This document shows, in pieces, positions 14,630-25,568 of a DNA stretch of 64,000 nucleotides. The notes beneath the pieces are model-generated. The model was not told the origin of the DNA, searched no databases, and saw nothing but the letters and a program-made list of their open reading frames with translations. Positions within the stretch are counted from its first letter, which is position 1, and every line of letters starts with the position of its first letter. The DNA is from Azolla caroliniana (Eukaryota; Plantae; Polypodiophyta). Where the stretch lies: positions 2,976,001 through 3,040,000 of the forward strand of contig JBHGNT010000021.1 of assembly GCA_043228905.1 (NCBI GenBank), written 5' to 3'. Position numbers and translations under genes: made by a program.

Positions 14630-14835
14630 CTTTAATCTTCAATTTAATCGGATGGCTATGTTGGTGCCACAAATAAGAAGATTAATGACCTTTCTAAGAG
14701 CAAGATCAATATTTCGTATTCGGAAAGGTTCACAAATTCTTAACCTTCGATTTAATCGGATGGCTATGTTGGTGCCACAAAGAAAATTAATGACCTTTCG
14801 ATGAGCAAGTTCAATATTTCGTATTCCGAAAGGTT
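14630..14835. repeat. Two-copy ~110-bp tandem duplication upstream of UBC copy A
   Basis: atttaatcggatggctatgttggtgccacaaa...aatatttcgtattc.gaaaggtt occurs at ~14642 and ~14750. Confidence 0.9.
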
Positions 14836-15714
14836 ATACTTTTATTTGGGATAAGTTATAAGAATTAGTATCTTCGTATGAGCCGATTCCTGATTTAAGA
14901 TGGGGGGATCTGAAGAGCTTGATTGGACATTTGTTGTAAATAAGAGATTAACTATGACCTCAACAAATGATGCTCGTCACAAGTTGATTGACAAACATAA
15001 GTGGATGGAAGAAAGGGTTATGAAGATATGGGGTTTTCGTAAGCCCATTACCTAGTGGTGGTTTCATGTGATCAAGCCAGGTTGGTGGTCACGATTGATT
15101 TTATGAGCTAAGGTATTCATTTGGATAGTAATGGTTGGAGCTTTACCATTGGGAGATGCATTAAAAAAAAGAAACATATTTACAAGAGTGTGTTTTGTTT
15201 GTTCGGTGGAATTGGAGCATAGTAGACATCGATTTCTTTCATGCACGATGGCTATAAGTTCGTTTGGAGGTGTATCAATTTAGTGTGTATGTCTCTAACA
15301 AGAGTAAGACTATCTTCCTTCAGTTCGGTTTTTGCACATATGAAGATCAATGAACCAATGCCTCATTTCCAAATTATTTTTAAGGTCTTGAGGTATCGAG
15401 GGTGCTATGGTTCAATTGGAATATGCGGAAGGCCTTCATTTTTTATTCTCAAATTGAAGTGAGAAAATATGTTGTAAAAGTTAAAAAGACTTCTTTTGTG
15501 GCAATTGATAGTGCTAGAGAAGTCGCGAAATCTCAACCATGAAGTGAGAGAACTCTGCAAGGTCACATATCATCATATTCGCCATTTGAATTGGTGTGTA
15601 GGGTGGCATTGAGGTTGGAGTCGTAGTAGTTTTTAGATCCCTAGAAGATTTCTATACTTTGTAGTAAGTTAGTCATGGTGGTGTTATTTTCTTTCGTAAT
15701 CAAAGCCATTATTT

Positions 15715-15719
<5 letters not shown>

Positions 15720-15800
<81 letters not shown>
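15720..15800. repeat. (GA)n microsatellite (others at ~2380-2406, 14552-14605, 29604-29690, 31006-31048)
   Basis: Direct dinucleotide runs. Confidence 0.95.
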
Positions 15801-15801
<1 letters not shown>

Positions 15802-17210
15802 ATTCGGTTTGGTTCGATTCAAGTCAGTTGGTTTGGGTTGAGCCAAGTCGGATCATGTCAAGTTGAGTCTCCAATTGGATTTGAAATGATCTACACTAGA
15901 GGTATGGCCCGAGCCTAATATCATCCCCTCCCCCACCTCTAGTACAACGAAAGTCAAGCATTTCCACATATGTAATATGCATCGAGTGGATCTGCAAGAC
16001 AGGATTATTGGGGACACAAACTAGTCATTGTGATCAAAACGAGGGTGTTGTCACAACCCCTCCTCCCCCCCATCGCACCAAAACTTTTAATTGTTCCTTG
16101 CATCATAATGTCAAGAGTTTGGCCCATGAGTCAATTGTTATGTATATAATCGAACAAACAACAAAGGTATATTTTCAAGTCATGATGTGGATCACTATGT
16201 ATTTACGTAGATAAACAAGGAAGGCAAATACAAATTATGAGACCAATAAACTGGAATGTTTTCTTGCAATGTGCATGGTGTTGAGGAAAAGTGGATTATT
16301 ATGATCCATCCATATTGGCTCTCCCTCATCTTTTTAATGTTGATCATGTATCCATTCTTTGCCCTCCATTTCATGTCTTATTGTGACCTGAAAGCAAAAT
16401 GAAATATATGTTTTTTTTTTGCTTCCACATTTTAACCCTATTATTATGAACAAATTACATTAGTCTCGATTTTCTATGAAACGAGTTTCTCCCTTTTAGG
16501 GTTTGACTTATTTATCTTGTGAGCTTGTAGACTAGAGCGATTTGATAAAGGGATTGAATTGTATGCACGTCTACATACCTCCTTCCCCCCACAATGCTCA
16601 CAATATAGTAGACTAGCTGTAAGTTTCCTACCACCAACCAAACCCTTAGGTAGGATGAACACCTCCTCAAATACCTTAGCGACGTTCAATTAACAATTTT
16701 TTTGCCACATTCTTCGCAACGTACATTGTCCTCTTGGAGTTGACAAGTGAATCAAGGAGCATGCCCTACATCTTTGACAAAGGCTCATTAGAGTTTCATA
16801 AACTAAGGGAATCAACCATTTATTTTAGTAAATGGTTGATTCCCTTATTCAACACATCACTAACTTCTTCCATAGGCATGCATATTAATAAACTTGATGA
16901 GTGTTAAGTACCAATCAATCACTTGATATCTGAAGGCAAAGATAGGGTCGAGGGGAAACTCACAAAACAAGAGAAGAAGTCCTAGGCTAAAGACATAAAT
17001 ACCAATTTGTGGAAGGTATATAAAAGCAAAAGATAAGATTTCTCTTCCTCTTTCACTTTTCATCTTGGAGCTACAACTCTCTCTCTCTTTCTCTCTATTG
17101 TAATTAGCTTACCCTAGTGGTAAGTTGTTTACACTATAAGCACTACATCTTGGGTTTAAAACCTAACTTTCTCACCTGTCTATTATCTCTTATTTCAAAA
17201 GATGCCTCTG

Positions 17211-17280
17211 TGGAATGTAGGGGTTGAACCCATCACCACCTGGTCTCCATTGGGCAACCTTACCAACTGAGCTACATCGG
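17211..17280 (-). mobile_element. tRNA-derived SINE head or tRNA-like pseudogene
   Basis: Minus strand reads GATGTAGCTCAGTTGGTAAGGTTGCCCAATGGAGACCAGGTGGTGATGGGTTCAACCCC, with an A box (TAGCTCAGTTGG) and B box (GGTTCAACCC); second copy at 28843. Confidence 0.75.
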
Positions 17281-17542
17281 TTATTATTCTCTATAACACA
17301 CAGACACACTGAATTTTGACCTCTTCTTCAACCCAAACTTCAAATGTTAAGCTTTTATCCACAATATAACGAACCAATGAGGTATTCCCCATATTAACTT
17401 AAGTAGGTAAGATACCAACCAAACTTAATAAGGAAGTAGTAGGTTGTGTGTTAAGTGCATGTCATTTGTTTCCCTTCATATTCTTTTTTGACAATGTTGA
17501 CTTGGAATTGCTACCAAACGGGTAAATTTAAGCGTATTGAAA

Positions 17543-18635
17543 AGGGGGCAAGGGACAATGACCTTCCAACCACCAAAATGTGAAATGGCCTAAATAGTAT
17601 AGACTACAAAGGTCACATTTGATAACTTTTTGAACATCTTCTTCACTTCTATCCATAGAGATGAGAGCACTTTTAGACCTTAACGTCATAAAGTGTAATC
17701 AAAGCTTGTGTGTGAACTCACATTCCTTGGCAGGTATGTGTGTGCATGTGTGTGTGTGTGTGTGCTACTTATCCAATAGCAAACACCCTAGTCATGTTGC
17801 CGAAGGCTAAAGGGGGTTGAGATTGTAGGGGGATTTTATTGATATAGAGATTTCTACCTTAATGTGATAAGAGAGATGAAAAACCATTTAGTAAAAAAAT
17901 GTGTTTCCAATACATCATGTCGAATATGCCTATTACCAACATCACAAAACCAATTTTTCTTTACTCGCCCACTAAGGACAAAAGGTTTGAATTGTTCCTA
18001 CAACCCAACAAACTCTTGAAGACTTAGCTCCTAGACACACATGGATTGGCTCTTTCACCTTGACAAGTAATGTCTCATTCAATATGCTGAAATAACAACC
18101 TCGACCAAACACTCACTCCTAGACACACATGCCCATCAAGAGGTGTGTGTTTGCACACAAGGTATTTGGTTGGGCTTGTTATTTTAGCATATTTAACAAG
18201 ACATAAAAAGTCAGTGAGAAAGAACTAATCCACATGAGATTATGACAATGCTTGAACTAAGCCTTCAAGAGCTTCTAAGATTGTAGGAACAATTCCAATT
18301 GTTTGACCTTGGCGGGTGAGTAGAGAAAAAACTAATTTTGTGATGGTATTTAGACATGACATATTGGAAACATATATTTTTAGACAAAGCTTTTTCCATC
18401 ATTGACTTTACTACAAGAGATGCCTCGACCTAGCAGGATTGATAACACTACCCCCTAGTTGCCGTATTATATGAAGACTACACAAGTTTGAGATTGTGAG
18501 GTATTTGATTAATAGATAACTTTATATGACAAAATGTTGAAATAACCACAAAACATATCGACATTTGTAGTCTTGTACATTATTTATGACCATTCAAACT
18601 ATAGTTGTTAGAATGTCCTTATCCCTTGGCCCTTT
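17543..18635. mobile_element. ~1.1-kb degenerate foldback (long inverted repeat) element
   Basis: ggggcaagggacaatg (17545) vs ccttatcccttggccc (18617); gaattgttcctacaa (17990) vs ttgtaggaacaattc (18281); aatatgctgaaataacaa (18081) vs ttgttattttagcatatt (18176); centre near 18140. Confidence 0.8.
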
Positions 18636-20449
18636 CCCTTACATTTAGATATGTTCCTTTGGTAGGTTAATGTCAATGTCAACCCTTGTTGGAAACATAC
18701 AACATATATTTAACACACACACACATGGGTCCCCTTTGAAAAAAAGGCTTTGTGGAAATTTCCATGAAGTGAAAAGTATGTTTGACGTGTTGCTACCCAT
18801 TAATGTAGTAACAAGTGACACAAAGGTGAGCACGAAGTAGAGCTTCACGTGTTGCCATAGCTACTCCTACATGAACTACTAATGAACAACAAACAACATA
18901 GAACATCACGCTTCATGAGATCACCTAAGGCCAAGCAAACAATGTGGGCGTCGACCCAATGCAAGAGGTGTCAAACATCACTCTGCAACCTTCAACATTT
19001 TCATTTAATTACTTATATATGCCATTACATAAGACAAATTATATTGGCATACGATTACTATAGACCATTATACATTTGTCCACATACCCAGATTAACATA
19101 CACACTTTTTATTACTCGTCTCCACTCTTTTACACACCGACTACACATACATGTATGGAGATGTACAAAATTAAACACGAGTAGACTCACATACTCATAT
19201 GCATATGCATGCAATCCTTTCTATGCATGCATCTGCATGTATATACATATACAATCACAATATATATATGTACCATACACACACAAACATTCATGCACAT
19301 ACACATCTATAACCACCTACACAAGTACATATCACATTATTTAACCATACTCAAATTTGGATATACCCATCATGTCACACCAATAGGTTGACATTCTTGA
19401 AAGGGAAGGAAATCAAAGTATCTTATTAGCGCCAACATCTACCCTTTCTGACTACCATGACAACCTTTCTCACTTTAGATTAGAGCTAATTTTAATTTAT
19501 CTCTCCCAATTTCATTGATATTGAATGATGATGCAAACAAGAAATTTGAGTTTCCCAATACTTGCCAATTTAAACAAGGCCTTGCATTTAAATAAAGAAA
19601 TATTCATGGCAATAATTACAAATTAAAACCGTAGTATATAGAATTGTGACAATTAATGAAACCATGTCATGTTCATAATTTTGCCCATGCCATTTGTATT
19701 GCATTGCCAATGTTTGAAGAAATTTTTAGTGATAAACCGCTATTTTATCCTTGAAAACTTCCATTCAAAATTGTTCATTAGGCAAGCCTCGTCATTGTTT
19801 GAACTAATTGCTCATTTAAATATTCATCATTATCCTTGAATGTCAAGACAATTGATATCGTTTTTAACAAGCTTTGTTTGTTGGTGTGCACCTTATTATC
19901 AAAACATGTCAATCCAACTCAATTATAACATCATACCTTATTACTAGCACATTAATTGATTACTCATTTGATTAAATTATTTGGTGAATTATATTTGCCA
20001 ACATTTAATGTTGTCAAGTTACATTGGTAGTAACGAGTTGTTAAAACCCATTTTTATTGAAATTGCTTGCACGGACGTGTTGGGCAGCGCCGAGCTTTCT
20101 CCCTACCGAGTCTCTCCCTGTGTGTTGAGGATCCAAAGCGAGTGCACCGGGGATAAGGGAAACTGGGATTCAATATGGGCATAGCAAACATCTGAAGCGT
20201 AACCACACACTCACACGACCTTTGCCGCTTCACCCGGATGAACCGCTAGAGAAATAGGAGCATTTTTTTTTGCACTTAAATTCGTTCATTCTTGATGGTT
20301 TTGGCTTTTATCAAACTTTGCATCTAAATTTGCTTGTTCTTGATGGTTTGGTTTTGCATCTACTAATAGCATTTATAAGACTTTAAAAATATGTTCCTAC
20401 CTCAAGATTTGGGGGGTTTCGACTTGGATGCCAGCCGCCTCTATTATAA

Positions 20450-20595
20450 TAATGCATCATACTAAAAACCCTAGAAAAAACAAGATACTAAGAAGATCTC
20501 GAATAATGCATCATATTAAAAACCCTAGAAAAAACAAGATACTAAGAAGTACTCGAATCATGAATCATACTAAAAACCCTAGAAAAACAAGATAC
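20450..20595. repeat. Three-copy ~54-57-bp tandem repeat
   Basis: atcatactaaaaaccctagaaaaaacaagatac repeated three times. Confidence 0.9.
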
Positions 20596-21150
20596 CAACA
20601 TGGTTTGTAGAGTCAACTGGATAGTGGAGCGTATGTCGGATCAAATAAGATCTCTTTGGTCATGACTCATTACTAATAGATGGCAATGAGACTAGACTAG
20701 AAACCAATGAGTCCACACTTAATCTAGCCATAGTTACAAGAACCCCATCCATCCTACTAGAGAACCGGCCCCCCCAAAAAAATGATTTTAACTTAAATAG
20801 GAAGGACAATATTCCAATTTATACATATGTACATATATGATATATGTATAGAAGAGTCTTGAATTTGTTTTGACTCAAGTACAAAAAGAAAACCTTATTG
20901 TTTGTTATTAACTCCTGCCGCTGTCTCTCTGTTACAAAAAACAAGAGCCAGAGAGAATGAATATCTATCTACTCTAGGGTTTTGTTAACCAGAAAAAAAG
21001 AAAGAAAGAAAACCCTAGAAACAGAAAGGATCACAGAGAAGCACAGTAACAGAAAGGAACCCTAGAATTACTGCTTTTCTCAACAGGATGAAGCGACACC
21101 ATACCTGGCACATATACATACATATGTATATAATTCTCCTCCCTAGAGTC

Positions 21151-21327
21151 CTACCACCAGTTCATCCTTCCGATATCCCTGCCCATTGTTTGAGAGATCA
21201 GAGATACACAACCAGCAGAGACAACCAAAGACCACAAGAGAATGGCGAGGACTGTCGGCAATATATAGCTCAGAATAACAGCATAGACCACAACGATCGC
21301 AAAGATACTGGAATTATCGAGGCGCAT
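21151..21327 (-). CDS. Candidate 58-aa hydrophobic microprotein in UBC-array unit C
   Basis: MRLDNSSIFAIVVVYAVILSYILPTVLAILLWSLVVSAGCVSLISQTMGRDIGRMNWW*; preceded by (CT)n and the leader CAGGGCTACAGACACAGA shared with copy B; followed by donor CAG|GTATGG at 21105/21104 and UBC-like 3' UTR. Below the ORF-track cutoff; no family recognised. Confidence 0.5.
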   Translation of the reverse strand: MRLDNSSIFAIVVVYAVILSYILPTVLAILLWSLVVSAGCVSLISQTMGRDIGRMNWW

Positions 21328-24300
21328 CTTGTCTCTGTTATATGAAGCTTTTGTCTTCGCAGGAGGGATTTATCTCTGTGTCTGTAGCCCTGACCTGGCG
21401 CAGAGAGAGAGAGAGATAGTAATGAATGCTCTGTTCCCTCCCAAGCTTTTAGATCCATTCTCCCATGGAGACCAGAAAGAGTGAATGGAGGAAGGAGTCA
21501 AGGGTCTTCTGGGTCAATCATGACTCATGACTGGACCAAAGACTAGGTCATGACTCATGAATGGACAAAGACTAGGTCAAATCCCTCCTAGTATGTATGT
21601 ACACATTCATTGGTAGTACGCACTCGAGTTCACGTTCATATTCGTAGATCTTTGGCCATTGTCGGGGGTGGGCTGTGGCTTCTCTTCATGATTGAGCTTG
21701 ATTTCACGTTCAATATTCATAGATCTTGTCAAATATATATATCTATATATATATATAGAGAGAGAGAGTCCTAGCCCACCCCCGATAATGCCAAAAGTGG
21801 ACCACCATTGCATAACAGATGTAAAAGCTGAGTTGTGACGTGACAGGATTACTATGATGAGCATGTATACCTTCCTCAATTATGTGGCCCACAAGACTCA
21901 AAGTGAAAATCCATTTTCTTATAGTATGTTATGCGTAGACTTAAAGAGTCGCGAGTCGATTGCTTATGAGGAGTGTTAAAAACATATATATAGAGTTGTT
22001 GGTTTGATATATGACCCACGAGACATGAGAAAAGAAAAGCATGCTAATGTTGTAGAGATGAGTATGTGCAAAACCTCATAAGAAAATATACGAGTAGCCC
22101 ATGAGCCCAAAAGTGACATATTTTCATGAGCACAAAGTCGAGAAAAGTGGATTATTATGATCCATCCATGACTACATGGTACACCCTTACTCCCATCCAT
22201 ATGTTGAGGAGAGAGTAGATTATAATGATTCATCCATAACCACATGCTTGCTTCCATCCATATAATGGTACCCAAAATTTCAATTCTCCATCGTCACTTC
22301 ATCTCTTATTGTAATTGAAAAGTAATAAGCAATATATAGTTTTCTTTCCGTTTCACTATCTTACCGTAGTATGGTCGACCAACTATTATAATCTCAAATT
22401 TCCACAAAACCAAACTTCTCTATTCTAGGGTTGTATTTATTTAATATCATGTGAGCTTCTCAAATGCATGAATCCAATGCTAGGTTCAAGCTACATGCAA
22501 ATAACCACATAAATTTGAGGGTTAACATGCATGTAGTGGGAGTATTGCGATGATCATCATTATGTTGTTACACTAGGTCAATCAAATGTATATTGGTCGG
22601 TTCCTTCTTCACCTAATCAATTATATTCAAAGATATGTGTGTCCAAGTAGTAAGCAGATTGTACAATGAATTTAAATTGTCAAATCAATTCTAAGTGGTT
22701 GGTGTTAAGGTATACAACAAATTGGAGGGAATGAGATTCCCAAACCATTGGAAGTTCTATATCGAAGACTATGCATGTTGAGCATGTGCCTCTTCTAGAC
22801 AACACAGAGGCAAGTGTATAAGGACACTAATAGAATTAGTCATGGGTGAGCACACAAAGTTGACAGGAAGTAGCAAAGGGAGGTCTGTCTCTAGGGGGCA
22901 TGGGGGAATGTTTTATGACCTACTAAAGAAGTGGTATCAAAGTGAAATGGAAGGTTAGTGTTGAAATTATCGCCCATTTCTACTACTTTGATTTGAGGGA
23001 CCGATACATTGTGGTTTGCCAAGGGTTAGTTGTCATGGTTGTACAATGATGTGGTTGGCAAGGGTTTGCCGTGTTGGCTAGCAAAATTGGTCGTAATCTT
23101 TCAAGCTTGATTACCAATCTGGGGAAATGAATTCTCATGTGGAGGAGAGTGAAATGCCCCTGTTGAGATATCAAGCTCAACTTAGTTTAGTCGTTTAGTC
23201 AACACGTGTAACTTAGTAGTTACCTAGATAGAATCTAGTTAGTGTGTTGACCTTAAAGCCTCCACTCCCATGTTCATTTAATATAGGACTTACACGTTTG
23301 TACCTATATTCTACTCATATATTATACCTCATTGTGGGTATTTTTGTATTTTGATGATGATGATGCTAATTTAATATAGAGTTAATCATCCCCCATCTTG
23401 TCTCGTTGTTCATAGTGTTAACTTCCTCTCTCTCTTCCTCTCACACACATACACACACATATCACTTAATCTTCCACTTAACTTAATCATATAATTAGTT
23501 AATAATTAACCCTTGCTTAATTACCTAATTCTTAACAACCCCTAACACATTGATGATCACCAATTGACAATTATCGAGACAAGACCTACACATATGTCAA
23601 CAAGGACACACATTGGATGGGAATTCATGCGACACACAATTGTAGGTTACATAACGGAACACTATAATTAGTACTTGATGCAACACACTTATAAGAAGAG
23701 GAAGGGAGAACAACATAAATTTAGAGAAACCAAAGAAGATTAATGAGTGCATAACTTGTAGGAGCAACGTGCCACTAATAACAGTGGATTATGAAAGGTT
23801 ATCTCACGGTTTGCGATCTTTGTGTCTCTCTCCATTCTTCTTTGCACAAAATCTATTCACACTTCTTAGCTTGTGACAACCTAAACAATACAACTTATTT
23901 AGAGGTGGGGAGATGTGTTTTTCCCTTGTTGAAAGTCACACTTTGCTTTAAAGTCATTTCTAGGGTTATATCCATTTGCTTTAAAATCATTTTAATGGTT
24001 ATATCCCCTTTTCCCAAGAATCTAATCTACAACTATCATGCTATACTATGGTGTTGACGAAGTCATTTTTAAATTTCTATGTTGACCCTAAACTTATTTA
24101 TTAATTTTTGTGATTGTTAATTAATTCTATTATAATCCCCTCTTTCATGCATCTCTTAGTCCAAAGCCCTAAATTTTACACTAAACCACACATAGATCCA
24201 CCACATTATTGTGGAACAATGCTCTCATTAGATATGTGTGCTTGTTATGAATCACAACATCATATGCTGACCTCTATACCGTAATGCTTGGCTTAAGTTT

Positions 24301-25568
24301 TACGTTGAATATGGAAAATAAAGGATGCTTTGTCATTGTAAATGTGGTGGTATATTGGATGCATGTAAAGTTGTCAAGGATTAGATGACCCAAAGGTGGT
24401 ATCTAGATATGTTTAATATGAACATGATGAGGAAGATTGATTTGCTTTGAGCATATGCAAATTCATGGTATGTTTCAACTATTGAGGAAGTGCTCAATCA
24501 AGGATTCATGGCTAGCCATTGTCTTACACAAAACGGGTTGGGGAAGGATAATCACCGACTTTCCATCATTTTGTGTCTTGTAGCTGATATGCTTTTTAAA
24601 ACTAATGGAAGGATATGTTTTCTATAATAAAAAAACTTATTCTCTATAGCGAAAACACACCCAACATGCCATGTGCTCTAGAAAAAGTCCATGTCTTCAC
24701 ATTAAACCCTTCTTCTAGAAAGATTGCTTGCTTTCCTATCATTTCCATGCTCTAACAAGTGCACATATTTACAACACATCATTGATGTTTGTATGGTAAA
24801 GATAATGTATCTACCACTCATTTACATGCTCTAGCAAACAATGTATTTACTTCACTACATACACTCATGCTCTAACCAATATTACAATGTTTCAAGAACA
24901 CCTACATTGCCAAATTGTTTTCGCCACCTAATTTTTGAAGTCTCATTCCTTAAAATTTTCCTCATTAGATCTACCTCATCATTGATTGATTACTATCCAC
25001 AATAGCATATTTGTTTATTCTTGAAAGTTGATAGTTTAGTTTCAAAGGTGTTTTTTGAACTGAAATTAGTTCTTTCTTTATGGTTTTGACTATAGATGAT
25101 GGGGCTTCTATCATACGTTCATTGTTGACTGTGTTGTTTCAATTGCAAGTGTTTTTTGCACTTAAATTTGTTCATTAATCATGATTTATTGTTGGTTTCA
25201 ACTGGGATCCACCATTATTATATTAATGCATATCATATTCAAAGTCCTTAAACAAAAAAATACTAAGAAGCCTCCAAATCTTGCTAACATTATTGTAAAG
25301 TCAAATAAAAAATTGGAACTGATCATGCCGTATGATATGATCAAATGAGTTCATCTCATCATGCCATAGTTATTGAGAACATCACCCTACTAGAGAACCA
25401 ACGTCAATTAAGGATTAGTTAAGGATAATCAAACTTATATATAGAGAAAAATATATACAAGTCTAGAGATAAATTGATTAGCATGGTTATTTATGCTCAG
25501 CAAGAAGTAAAAACCTTACTGTTAACTCATGCACTTCCTTCAACCCGCATGGTTTGGCTAATTGAGGT

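Noticed and set aside
15675-15918. ORFs with ER/RE or SL repeats (also 8192-8411, 14361-14672)
   Set aside because: Translations of (GA)n/(CT)n microsatellites.
17211-17280. Functional tRNA gene
   Set aside because: Anticodon arm does not pair convincingly and a truncated second copy exists; SINE or pseudogene is more likely.
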